This document shows, piece after piece, positions 45,117 through 54,983 of a DNA stretch of 63,737 nt. The notes beneath the pieces were generated by a model. That model had not been told where the DNA came from, ran no database searches, and saw only the letters and a program-made list of their open reading frames with translations. Position 1 is the first letter of the stretch, and each line of letters starts with the position of its first letter. Origin of the DNA: an uncultured Bacteroidales bacterium (lineage in GTDB: Bacteria > Bacteroidota > Bacteroidia > Bacteroidales > JAKIYJ01); the NCBI GenBank assembly GCA_964504265.1, contig CAZDEU010000004.1, positions 1 to 63,737 of the forward strand. The letters are read 5' to 3'. The position numbers were made by a program, and so were the translations under genes.

Positions 45117-47612
45117 TTATTCAATCGACTGGTTTATAGAAAAATGGAATTGACCTTTATTAACATTAGGCAATCCTGGAATTTCGTCAATACCATAACC
45201 ATAATCAAGTCCTAACAAGCCAAACATCGGCAAATTAATTCTGACACCAATACCAAATGACCTTTTAACGTCAAGGGGATTAAATTCAGAAAATTTCAAC
45301 CAGGTGTTACCAGCTTCAATAAATCCAAGAACGTAAATAGTAGCCATTGGGCTAGGCGAAACAAGGTATCTTAATTCCATTGTATATTTGTTAAATATAG
45401 TGCCACCAATATAATTTGAATTACTTCGTGGTGTAACAGAATTATTTGAATAACCTCTTAAACCTATAAGTTCTCTGCCGTCTAATGCAAAACCTGAAAG
45501 TCCATCACCACCTAAATAAAATCTCTCGAAAGGAGCAATACCAAGGTCTTTGTTAAACAATCCGAGAAACCCAAATCTGGCACGTGTATTCATTACCAAT
45601 TTCCCTGCCAATTTTGTATAAAGAGATGTACTAACTTTATATTTGTGATATTCAAGCCATTTAAATTTTTCTTGACTTGATAAAACTGAATAGTCTCTGT
45701 TATTAATAAGCGAATAAGGTAAAGTAGATTGAGCCATAAAAGACACTTCAGAACCTGATCGGGGAAATATAGGAGCATCAATTGAGTTACGTGCAAGTGT
45801 TAGAGTTGCAGAAATATTATTTGAATAACCATCAGAAAAAGCAAAAGTAGAAGAATAATTCTTTAATTGATAATACTGATAGCTTAAATCAGTCATTAAA
45901 GTAAAATAGTCATCGGGCCATTGCAAGCGTTTGCCGTACCCTAAAGCAATGCCAGTAATTCTTATAGAAGCATAATCACTTTCTTCTTTTTTATAGCCGT
46001 TGGTTTGCATAGAATGGTACACCGAAAAACTTAAACTGTTTGGGTTTTTACCGCCGAACCAAGGTTCAACAAAAGCTGCGTTATAAGACTGATAAGTAGG
46101 TCCGTTAGATTGAGCTCTAATACTTATACGTTGCCCATCACCAGAAGGTATTGGGGTCCATCCCCCTTTTTTAAAAATATTACGTCCCGAAAAATTATTA
46201 AACGACAGACCAAGTGTGCCAACAATAGTACCCACTCCCCAGCCTGCAGAGAGTTCAACCTGATCCGAAGATGTTTCTTCAACTATATATTCAAGGTCAA
46301 CAGTACCGTCAACAGGGTTTGGAATAGGGGTAACATCCATTTTTTCTTGATCAAAATATCTGAGTTGCGCAAGTTCGCGTTGAGTTCTTATAATATCGGC
46401 CCTACTAAATAATTGCCCTGGTTTTGTTCTTATTTCACGCATAATAACGTGGTCGCTGGTTTTGGTGTTGCCCTTAATAGTAACCTTGTTAATTGTAGCT
46501 TGCTTGCCTTCATTAATTCTAATTTCAAGATCAATTGAATCGCTGTCAACATTAATTTCAACTGGGTTTACATTAAAAAAAAGATAACCATCATCTAAGT
46601 AAAGAGAGCTTACATCTCTGCCTTCCATATTCATATATAGGTTGGTTTCGAGCAATTTTTGATTATAGATGTCACCTTTTTTAATTCTTAGTACATCGTT
46701 GAGCTCAGAATCTGAATATTTAGTATTGCCAACCCAGGTAATATTTCCGAAATAATATTTTACTCCTTCCGAAATATGTAGATTAACATCAATATGTTTG
46801 CTATCAATAATATAAATACTATCACTAATTATAGCAGCATCTCTGAAGCCTAATTCATTGTAAGCTTCAAGTAACTTATTTTTATCAGATTTATAATCTT
46901 CTTCAATATATCTTGAAGTTTTAAAAAGTCTGTATATTTTTTTTTCTTTAGTATTTTTTAAAGTACGTTTAATTTTTGTTGCTTCAAAGTTATTATTCCC
47001 AAAGATGTTAATTTTACGAACTTTAACACGTGAATTTTTGTCAATAATAATTTCTATGTCTATGCCATCGTTAATAGTATCAGTTGACTGTTTAATATCA
47101 ACCTGAGTATTCAAAAACCCTTTATCAATAAAATATTGTTGCGATTTATCCTTAATTCTGAAGAGCATATTTTTATTAACAGGGTCGCCACGAGTAATGT
47201 TTATTTCGTCTTTGATATTATCAGCTTCAGATTTTCTAATACCTTTAAATGAGAATTTTGACAGACGAGGTCTTTCAGAAACATAAATATCAAGGAAAAT
47301 AGTATTGTTAATAATATTAGAAGCAGAAATTTTTATGTTTTCAAAGAGACCTTGTTTCCAAATATTGTCAACAGCTTTAGAAATTTGCTCGCCGGGTATA
47401 CTAATCATATCGCCAACAGCAAGCCCCGATAACATTATAATTACATTATGGTCGAAGTTTTGTGTTCCATAAACAGTGATACCTCCGATTACATAATCAG
47501 TAGGTTTAGTGTAATCAACAACGGTATTTGGGTCGCTGAGAGAAATCTGTGAATTAGCTTGAGAAACAAGTAACAAAAACAGGCAGTATAAAATAAATCT
47601 TTTAAAATACAT
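45117..47612 (-). CDS. bamA: Outer membrane protein assembly factor BamA
   Basis: POTRA repeats, LSAGWG barrel start, ERFYLGGDG, LIGLRGY, C-terminal GQFHFSINQ. Confidence 0.96.
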   Translation of the reverse strand: MYFKRFILYCLFLLLVSQANSQISLSDPNTVVDYTKPTDYVIGGITVYGTQNFDHNVIIMLSGLAVGDMISIPGEQISKAVDNIWKQGLFENIKISASNIINNTIFLDIYVSERPRLSKFSFKGIRKSEADNIKDEINITRGDPVNKNMLFRIKDKSQQYFIDKGFLNTQVDIKQSTDTINDGIDIEIIIDKNSRVKVRKINIFGNNNFEATKIKRTLKNTKEKKIYRLFKTSRYIEEDYKSDKNKLLEAYNELGFRDAAIISDSIYIIDSKHIDVNLHISEGVKYYFGNITWVGNTKYSDSELNDVLRIKKGDIYNQKLLETNLYMNMEGRDVSSLYLDDGYLFFNVNPVEINVDSDSIDLEIRINEGKQATINKVTIKGNTKTSDHVIMREIRTKPGQLFSRADIIRTQRELAQLRYFDQEKMDVTPIPNPVDGTVDLEYIVEETSSDQVELSAGWGVGTIVGTLGLSFNNFSGRNIFKKGGWTPIPSGDGQRISIRAQSNGPTYQSYNAAFVEPWFGGKNPNSLSFSVYHSMQTNGYKKEESDYASIRITGIALGYGKRLQWPDDYFTLMTDLSYQYYQLKNYSSTFAFSDGYSNNISATLTLARNSIDAPIFPRSGSEVSFMAQSTLPYSLINNRDYSVLSSQEKFKWLEYHKYKVSTSLYTKLAGKLVMNTRARFGFLGLFNKDLGIAPFERFYLGGDGLSGFALDGRELIGLRGYSNNSVTPRSNSNYIGGTIFNKYTMELRYLVSPSPMATIYVLGFIEAGNTWLKFSEFNPLDVKRSFGIGVRINLPMFGLLGLDYGYGIDEIPGLPNVNKGQFHFSINQSIE

Positions 47613-47618
47613 AGAAAG

Positions 47619-48359
47619 CTAAATTAATTGTTCGCTAATCATTCCGAATCGTCTTTCGCGTTTTTGAAATTCAATAATAGCTTTAAAGAAATCATCTTTT
47701 CTGAAGTCGGGCCAGAGTTTTTCAGAAAAATAAAGTTCAGAATAGGCTATTTGCCAAAGTAAAAAGTTGCTGATTCTTTCTTCACCACTAGTTCTGATGA
47801 GTAATTCAGGGAAAGGTATTCCTTTAGAATTGAGATTGTTGGTAACAAGGTCTTCATCAATATCATCAATATTCAATTTATTTTCTTTCACAAGATTAGC
47901 AATTTTTTTAACAGCATCAACAATTTCCCAGCGGGAGCTATAACTGAGAGCCAGAATCAAAGTAAGACCATTATTATCGGAAGTTTTAGACATAGCTTCT
48001 TTAAGGTCATTATAACATTCAGTAGGCAAGTTAAGCAAATCGCCGATTGCAAGTAAACGAATATTATTCTTATTTAGTGTAATAGTTTCATTTTTAATTG
48101 TATTAACAAGAAGACCCATTAAAGCATTAATTTCGTCAGTAGGTCTTTTCCAGTTTTCTTTTGAGAAAGCATATAGTGTAAGATATTTAACACCAATTTC
48201 GGCGGCTGCTTCCGACACTTCACGTACCGAAGTTACCCCGTTTTCATGTCCATAAATACGGCTTTTCCCTTGCTGTTTAGCCCATCTTCCATTACCGTCC
48301 ATAATTATAGCTATGTGTTGAGGCAATTTGTCTTTATCAATATTATCCTTGAATGTCAT
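47619..48359 (-). CDS. uppS: Isoprenyl transferase (undecaprenyl diphosphate synthase)
   Basis: HIAIIMDGNGRWA, YAFSKENWKR, LLIRTSGEERISNFLLWQ. Confidence 0.97.
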   Translation of the reverse strand: MTFKDNIDKDKLPQHIAIIMDGNGRWAKQQGKSRIYGHENGVTSVREVSEAAAEIGVKYLTLYAFSKENWKRPTDEINALMGLLVNTIKNETITLNKNNIRLLAIGDLLNLPTECYNDLKEAMSKTSDNNGLTLILALSYSSRWEIVDAVKKIANLVKENKLNIDDIDEDLVTNNLNSKGIPFPELLIRTSGEERISNFLLWQIAYSELYFSEKLWPDFRKDDFFKAIIEFQKRERRFGMISEQLI

Positions 48360-48395
48360 TATTATAAACTTAATTTAAAATATTACACTGATAGT

Positions 48396-49256
48396 TCAAT
48401 ATCTATATTCATGAAATTTAGATGATCCGCCACTTCTATAGGCATCACAGCGTTTCGAGAAAGGACTTTTGAGCGAATATGTTATAAAAATTCCAATAAA
48501 AGAATACCAGTCATTATTTTGAGAATTACCTCTTTGTAGCCCTTCGTGTGCAGCATTACCATCACTACTAATAGATCTGTCGGCAAGTGCAGCAGCAATG
48601 GAAGTATTTTCGGCTGCTAATTTTTCAGTATCAACATAAGTAGTACTTACATCATCAATATAATCAGTAAAAGTTTTTCTCATACTCCACTCACCGCCTA
48701 TACACCAACTATTTCCTATACTATATTTAACACCTAATCCAAAAGGGATAGAGATTGCAGTAAGAGAATATTTGTTGCGTTCGGGCATAAAAGAAGTACC
48801 TTGTCCTTCAGTTCCAAGTGGTTGCAAGTCGTATAAAACTCCATTATAATATGCTTGCGGATTAAAATGAAACACAGCTAGACCTGCGAACATATAGGGT
48901 GAAAAATACATTTTGCTTCCTTTGCCCGTAACATAAGGGAAAAAATTAAGTTCAAGTTGTGCAGATATGTCAGTAATAGGAGAACGAAAGCTAAGATTTC
49001 TAAATTCATTATGTTTAATTACAGCATCATCAGATTGAATAGTGCCGTAAAGGCCGTTCAATTTAAAAGCCCATCTAGGATTAATGTTATAGCGGTATAT
49101 TAAGCCGGCGGCTGGTTTAGCCATTGCAAAAGGTGTAGTAGGGTTAATATCGCCCATATAATATGAATAACCCAAAAACAAACCAGCTTCAGAGCGTTGA
49201 GCCTCAATAGTAGAAAAAGCCGAGAGGGTCAGCAAAAACAGAAGAGTTCGTTTCAT
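48396..49256 (-). CDS. porG: T9SS protein PorG (DUF6089 beta-barrel); start re-called at MKRT (ORF track extends to 49337)
   Basis: Signal peptide, YMGDINP, RNLSF.S, SPYMFAG, TFTDYIDD, DWYSF; C-terminal Cys (KRCDAY); position directly upstream of uppS-bamA. Confidence 0.72.
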   Translation of the reverse strand: MKRTLLFLLTLSAFSTIEAQRSEAGLFLGYSYYMGDINPTTPFAMAKPAAGLIYRYNINPRWAFKLNGLYGTIQSDDAVIKHNEFRNLSFRSPITDISAQLELNFFPYVTGKGSKMYFSPYMFAGLAVFHFNPQAYYNGVLYDLQPLGTEGQGTSFMPERNKYSLTAISIPFGLGVKYSIGNSWCIGGEWSMRKTFTDYIDDVSTTYVDTEKLAAENTSIAAALADRSISSDGNAAHEGLQRGNSQNNDWYSFIGIFITYSLKSPFSKRCDAYRSGGSSKFHEYRY

Positions 49257-49476
49257 GTAATTAAAGAATTGATTATTAAAGGTATCATAATAAACTCGCA
49301 AGTTTTTAATCATTTCCATTTGTGTTTTTTCAAACATGCTCGTTTTAAAAAATCATATTTTAACAAACAGTTGATAATTCAATTATTAGATTTGTTATAA
49401 AAAAACAACAACTTACATGTAAAATACCAAAAACTTATCAACTATATGTTATATGGTGATGCGAGAATATAATACC

Positions 49477-50418
49477 CTAATATCTAAGTTTTGGTACTAC
49501 TGAAGCAGATGTTGGTATTTTATATGTAACGGAAAAAAGTGCAAAAATGTATGCGTCTCTGTCAAAAGGGTCGCCTCTTTGCTGACCGGCTGCAGTTTGT
49601 CCTTCGTCAATTTTCACCCATGGGTCGGAAGTATTGCTAGGATCAGCGAAATATCTTGCGAGTTCGCCGAGTTCACCTTTAGCGGCATAAATAGCATCGG
49701 GGTCAAAATAAGTAGTACTAACATCATCCATGTAATCGGTAAAAGTCATTCGGTAACCATATTCAAAACCAACAGACCATTTATTGTCGATAGCATATTT
49801 AAAGCCTATTCCATAAGGGATAGTAAATTGCACAAGATTATATTCATCACGAGTAGGAACAAGACCTTGCCCTTCGGTAGAAAGAGGTTTAAGTTGGTAC
49901 CAATCGCCTTTGTATTTAGCTTTTGGGTTAAAATAGAAACCGCCTACGCCTGCAAACAGGTATGAAGAAATATGAATAGATCTAAGTCCTTTAACTCCTT
50001 CGAGATTATATCGATGACCTTCTCTTTTGAATTCAGTAAAATAAAATTCAGCTTGAGCAGACCATTCGAGAAGGTATGATCTGAAATGAAGGTTACGATT
50101 GCTTCTTGCTTCTTCTTTAGTAAATTTATCGTGACCACCAATCCAACCGTACAAAAGATTTACTCTAGCGCCAAAAAGTCGGTTAAACATAATACCATAA
50201 GCACCATGGAAGCCTGGTCTAATACTAGGGAAGTCGAAATCCCTTAAACCATTAGTACCAATACGATTAGCACCGCCGAGTTCACCTAAAAAATTGGTTG
50301 CTGTGAAACCAAAAGTAAGATACTGGTCTTTACCTTTTAAAATTCCTTGAGCAAACAAATTATCTGATAATATCAGAGAAATCACACTTATAATTAGTAA
50401 TAATTTTTTCATTTTCAT
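49477..50418 (-). CDS. DUF6089-family outer membrane beta-barrel (PorG paralog)
   Basis: NFLGELGG, RNLHFRS, L.PLSTEGQG, TFTDYMDDVSTTY, RGDP..RDAY; shares blocks with the adjacent PorG. Confidence 0.78.
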   Translation of the reverse strand: MKMKKLLLIISVISLILSDNLFAQGILKGKDQYLTFGFTATNFLGELGGANRIGTNGLRDFDFPSIRPGFHGAYGIMFNRLFGARVNLLYGWIGGHDKFTKEEARSNRNLHFRSYLLEWSAQAEFYFTEFKREGHRYNLEGVKGLRSIHISSYLFAGVGGFYFNPKAKYKGDWYQLKPLSTEGQGLVPTRDEYNLVQFTIPYGIGFKYAIDNKWSVGFEYGYRMTFTDYMDDVSTTYFDPDAIYAAKGELGELARYFADPSNTSDPWVKIDEGQTAAGQQRGDPFDRDAYIFALFSVTYKIPTSASVVPKLRY

Positions 50419-50553
50419 ATTTTTTTAATAACACATTTTTTAAAAATTTATTATTAATTCTTTTGCGAATAAGTAAAAACAGTATTAAATTTTACATTTC
50501 ACAATTTATCATAATAAAAAAATTACTTATGACAAATATTTTTATCTAAACCT

Positions 50554-50562
50554 GCAAATGTA
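50554..50562 (-). promoter_or_regulatory. Candidate -7 promoter element (TACATTTGC) for the DUF6089-porG-uppS-bamA genes
   Basis: Exact TAnnTTTG(C) match in the nadK-DUF6089 gap. Confidence 0.5.
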
Positions 50563-50627
50563 CAAATTTTAGATACGATTTTCAAGTATAAAAAAATATT
50601 TTTAATTTTTTTTACAAAATTCGATAA

Positions 50628-51506
50628 TTAATTTCTGATATCACGTCCCCACAATAATTTATTACGCAAAGATGCAAAAAAACTATGATTAATCAATTCA
50701 ATAAAATTCATATAATAATCAGCTTTACGAACAATAATTTCATCGCCGGGTTGTCCAGCATTGTGTCTTGAGTCTAAAGAAATCCAAAATCCAGCCGACC
50801 TGCTTGATAGCTTCATTTTAATAATACTGTTGTCGGGTATTACTACAGGTCGCACAGCAAGATTATGAGGTGCAATAGGAGTAATAACAAGATTGTGAGC
50901 ATCAGGGGTAAGTATAGGTCCACCACAACTCAAAGAGTAAGCAGTTGAACCAGTTGGAGTAGCTATAATTAATCCGTCTGCCCAATACGAATTAAGAAAT
51001 TGTTCATTTATGTAAGTATGTATTGTAATCATAGAAGAAGAATCTTTTTTCTGAATTGCTGCTTCATTAAGAGCATAATTAAAACTATCTTCAAGTTTAC
51101 TAACAGTAGTGCTTACTTTTAAAAGTGTCCTATGATTAATTTTATAATTTTTATTAATAATATCAGCTATTGCTTGTTCGAGATGTTCAATAGGTATACT
51201 TGAAATGAAACCCAATCTGCCTAAATTGATACCAAGAACAGGTATTGCAGAATTGCCAATAATTGAAATTGTATCAAGTAAGGTGCCATCACCACCAATA
51301 CTGAGCAAAACATCAGCATCTAAAATATTTTTTTTTTCATCATAAATATTGTAAACATCAGGTAAGATTGATGCTTCAGAAGCGACATCATATAAAAATT
51401 TATTCAATAAAATATTACAGTTATAAGTTGTAAGTGTACCAATTAGTTGTTTCAAAAAAGATGGTAATCTTTCGGACAAAGTTTTGCCATAAATTGCTAT
51501 TTTCAT
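50628..51506 (-). CDS. nadK: NAD kinase
   Basis: SIGGDGTLL, GINLGRLGF, ALNE, DGLIIATPTGSTAYSLSCGGP. Confidence 0.97.
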   Translation of the reverse strand: MKIAIYGKTLSERLPSFLKQLIGTLTTYNCNILLNKFLYDVASEASILPDVYNIYDEKKNILDADVLLSIGGDGTLLDTISIIGNSAIPVLGINLGRLGFISSIPIEHLEQAIADIINKNYKINHRTLLKVSTTVSKLEDSFNYALNEAAIQKKDSSSMITIHTYINEQFLNSYWADGLIIATPTGSTAYSLSCGGPILTPDAHNLVITPIAPHNLAVRPVVIPDNSIIKMKLSSRSAGFWISLDSRHNAGQPGDEIIVRKADYYMNFIELINHSFFASLRNKLLWGRDIRN

Positions 51507-51517
51507 ATTAAATAATT

Positions 51518-52906
51518 TTATAATGATGATATAAAATGAATAAAAATTCCGTTTTCATTTAAACTATTAAAAGAGTATTCTAATCTTACAATTTTATCAT
51601 AATATGTTACAAAATCAATACCTATACCTTGCCCAAACAAAAAAGTATTATTTAGTTTATTAGTATTATTTTTTTTATTGTCATAAGCATAAGCTGCATC
51701 GCAATACAAATTTAAATAAAAAGATAAAGGTACTTTTTTAAATTTTTGAGCTTTTATTAATGGAAGGTTAATAATTTTTTGAGGCAAAATCTGATATTTT
51801 AAATTAGTTTTAGTTAGAATCATATTTTTACCGTTAACAGAATAGTATTCAAAGCCACGCACAAAAGTATTACCAAAACCAAGAATATTCCGATGATTAA
51901 ATAAAATTTTATCACCAATAGTTATTTTGCCTGATAATCCTGCTGCAATAAATAAGTTTTCAGAAAGTTGAGTATATTTTTTGAATGAGCCTTCAATATA
52001 AAACATATCAATATCTTCTTTTTTCAATATACCAAATCCTTTTTTTTCAATTCTTCCTTCAATAAAATAACCTGTTAAAGGATAAGGTCTAAAATCTCTG
52101 TGGTCGTCTCTGTAACTATAAATAAATGTAAAGTATTCTTGTTTAGGCGAGGAAGAATAATCGGGATTAAGCGTAAATAAAGTATCTGCAAATGAAACCA
52201 TGTCATAGGCAACTGATAATGTATGATAATTATAAAAATCGGGGCGATAGGTTAATTGAGAAGTAGCATTATAATTAGTTTTTACATTAGCCCCTGGAAT
52301 ATTTAAAAATTGAAATTTATCGTTGTATAAATTATAAGCAATATCATCAGTTGTTGTATACGAAGTAGCAAAAGCCAAACCTAATGTTTTATTTTTATTA
52401 ATATTCGGGCTTTGATAAGAGAGTCCAATGCTTTTATCAAGACCCGAACGTGCTAATATTTTAAGTATTTCTTTTCTTCCTCTAAAATTATCAATAACTA
52501 CATATAAACCATAATAAATTCTTGACAAATCCCATTTTTTAAGCCATGTATTAAAATTCTGATCTGCTAATTCAAAAAATGGCAGAGGCCATATATAATG
52601 TCTTTCAATCAAATTAATATAAATCTCACTAAAATTTGTATCAAGATTAATTATATTTATATCAACAAAATTAAACAAAGAAGTATTAAGCAAATTTTGT
52701 TTTGCCTGAATTATTTGTTTATTAAAAGCGGCTGTGTCAAGTGTATCGCCTTTTTTGAAAGGAATTTCTCTGAAAATAATATTTTCTTTTGTAATTTTAT
52801 TTCCACTTATAACAATATTTTTAATAATAATTTTGCCGTCATTAAATTGAGGAAAAGTATTAAAAATGTATAAAAAACAAAAACAAAAAAGTAAAATATG
52901 AGGCAC
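51518..52906 (-). CDS. Omp85/TamA-like outer membrane protein with a single POTRA domain
   Basis: I.ISGNKITKE.II.RE POTRA, NFRGR, VRGFEYY (VRGY-like), barrel strands; GTG start. Confidence 0.78.
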   Translation of the reverse strand: MPHILLFCFCFLYIFNTFPQFNDGKIIIKNIVISGNKITKENIIFREIPFKKGDTLDTAAFNKQIIQAKQNLLNTSLFNFVDINIINLDTNFSEIYINLIERHYIWPLPFFELADQNFNTWLKKWDLSRIYYGLYVVIDNFRGRKEILKILARSGLDKSIGLSYQSPNINKNKTLGLAFATSYTTTDDIAYNLYNDKFQFLNIPGANVKTNYNATSQLTYRPDFYNYHTLSVAYDMVSFADTLFTLNPDYSSSPKQEYFTFIYSYRDDHRDFRPYPLTGYFIEGRIEKKGFGILKKEDIDMFYIEGSFKKYTQLSENLFIAAGLSGKITIGDKILFNHRNILGFGNTFVRGFEYYSVNGKNMILTKTNLKYQILPQKIINLPLIKAQKFKKVPLSFYLNLYCDAAYAYDNKKNNTNKLNNTFLFGQGIGIDFVTYYDKIVRLEYSFNSLNENGIFIHFISSL

Positions 52907-52909
52907 TTT

Positions 52910-53572
52910 TCAAATGTTCAAATAATGTATAAATGAGTCGTAGCGGTCTTTTAAATTATCAAAAAAATCGCTTTCAAAAAAAGATGCTTTGACCACATAT
53001 TGATATCTGTTAAATGTTTGTAACACAGATGTTATGTCCATTCTGTTTAATTTAAGAGTAATTTCAATTTTTGTGCTGTCAGTATGAGTAGCAACATACA
53101 TGCTTAGAATTTTAGCATCGTTGCTTTCAACAATATTGGCAATTTCTGTTAGACTGTAATCGTTTAAGTTAAGTTCCAGAACAATAATTCCACCTGGGTT
53201 CCATGCAGATATTATTTCAGAAAAACCTTTAACAAGATTTTGCAAAAGTATTACACCGAGATATATATTATCGTCTCCAACAACAGGTATAAGCGAAAGA
53301 TTAAAAGAGCCAGCTGTTTTAATAATTTCAAAAATATGTTTGTCGGTGGTTACAAATGCTCCTGTAAGCGAAAGCCTATGGTTGCCAATAGCATCATTAA
53401 AGTTGTTATGTTCTAATATGTCGCCTTCAGAAATAATACCAAGAAATTGCTCATTATTAACTATAGGCAGATGTGAAACTTTAAACTCTTCCATCAGTTT
53501 AAGAGCTTCAACTGCTGTATCCGATGTTTTTAACGGAGTTACAGAATCTGAAATTAATTTTTGAGCTATCAT
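52910..53572 (-). CDS. CBS-domain protein
   Basis: Tandem CBS (SHLPIV...FLGIISE; LIPVV...YLGVI) plus C-terminal ACT-like region; usual neighbour of nadK in Bacteroidota. Confidence 0.9.
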   Translation of the reverse strand: MIAQKLISDSVTPLKTSDTAVEALKLMEEFKVSHLPIVNNEQFLGIISEGDILEHNNFNDAIGNHRLSLTGAFVTTDKHIFEIIKTAGSFNLSLIPVVGDDNIYLGVILLQNLVKGFSEIISAWNPGGIIVLELNLNDYSLTEIANIVESNDAKILSMYVATHTDSTKIEITLKLNRMDITSVLQTFNRYQYVVKASFFESDFFDNLKDRYDSFIHYLNI

Positions 53573-53790
53573 AAGGGTACAAATATTGCAAAAAAATCTG
53601 AAAAAACTAAAGTTTTAAAAAATATTTATTTTTTTTTCAAAATTTTTCAGAAATTAGTTGCAATTTCAGAATCAAATGGACTCAAATAGTCTAAATAGTT
53701 GCAGAAATATTTATATTTGCCACAAAGACACGAAACTACAAAAAGATTTACAACATTATACGAATAAATTATACTCTTAATATTTCCCAA

Positions 53791-54981
53791 CTAAATAACG
53801 TTTTCTTCTTTTAGCTTTTTTATTTCTTCATTACTTAGCCCAAGCCATTTAGAATATATCTCGAAATTATGCTGCCCTATCTCAGGTATTAGCCCTTTGG
53901 TAGGCAATTCCGGAATTGAAGTCATTTTAATAGGATTACCTGCAATAATAACTTTTCCTGTTTGTTCAGATGACACCTCTACAAGCATATTTCTTGCTTT
54001 AAGTTGAGGATTCTCCATTACCTTATCAATAGTATTTATTGGACTATGTGGAATACCAGCATTTTCAAAAATTTCGCACCATTCTGCTACAGTCTTACTT
54101 GCAAAGATATTATCTAAAATTGGAATCAAAACGTCAATATTGTTAGTTCTGTCTTCATTACCAGTAAATCTATCGTCTTCAGTAAGATTTGAAGCTCCAA
54201 TAACATTACACATTTTAATCCATAAGTTATCATTGCCAATACCTATTACAAAATAATCATCTTTTGCCTTAAATGCCTGAAAAGGAGTAATAGTTGGATG
54301 CCTATTGCCTATTGGCTGTGGTGCGACTCCATCAATCTGATACCTTAACATAGCATTTTCCAATATAGCTAACTGACAATCAAGCATGGATATATCAATT
54401 TGTTGTCCTTTACCAGTTATAGTACGATGATATAAAGCTGAAGTAATGCCTATTGCGGTAAATAAAGAAGCAGTAATATCTCCAATCGACATGCCAACTC
54501 TTGTAGGTTTGCTATTTGCCCAGCCTGTAATACTCATAATTCCTCCCATAGCCTGAGCAAGTATATCGTAAGAAGGTTTATTAGAGTAAGGTCCAGTATG
54601 TCCAAAACCAGACGATGAAGCATAAATAAGCCGTGGGTTAATCTCTTTTAATTTATCCCAGCCAATACCTAGTTTCTCCATAGTGCCTGGTCTGAAATTT
54701 TCGACTAACACATCAGCTTTTTCGACTAATTTTAGTAATATTTCTTTACCTTTTTGAGTCTTAAGGTTAAGAGAAATACTTTTTTTCTCTCTGTTAATAC
54801 TCATAAAATAAAGACTTTTTCCATTTCTGAAAGGACCAAACTGACGACTATCATCGCCTGTATTTGGTATTTCAACTTTAACAACTTCTGCACCTAAGTC
54901 ATTCAATAACATAGTGCAAAAAGGACCTGCCAGAACTCTTGACAAGTCCAAGACAACAACATTTTCTAAAGGTTTAGACAT
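53791..54981 (-). CDS. CoA-transferase family III (CaiB/BaiF/Frc-like)
   Basis: VLDLSRVLAGPFC, GDDSR, NREKKS, ENFRPG, SSGFG.TGP, catalytic Asp in SIGDITA. Confidence 0.93.
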   Translation of the reverse strand: MSKPLENVVVLDLSRVLAGPFCTMLLNDLGAEVVKVEIPNTGDDSRQFGPFRNGKSLYFMSINREKKSISLNLKTQKGKEILLKLVEKADVLVENFRPGTMEKLGIGWDKLKEINPRLIYASSSGFGHTGPYSNKPSYDILAQAMGGIMSITGWANSKPTRVGMSIGDITASLFTAIGITSALYHRTITGKGQQIDISMLDCQLAILENAMLRYQIDGVAPQPIGNRHPTITPFQAFKAKDDYFVIGIGNDNLWIKMCNVIGASNLTEDDRFTGNEDRTNNIDVLIPILDNIFASKTVAEWCEIFENAGIPHSPINTIDKVMENPQLKARNMLVEVSSEQTGKVIIAGNPIKMTSIPELPTKGLIPEIGQHNFEIYSKWLGLSNEEIKKLKEENVI

Positions 54982-54983
54982 TA

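Noticed and set aside
53712-53720. Plus-strand TATATTTGC promoter implying a small or antisense RNA
   Set aside because: Single short motif in AT-rich DNA with no downstream ORF, structure or terminator to support a transcript
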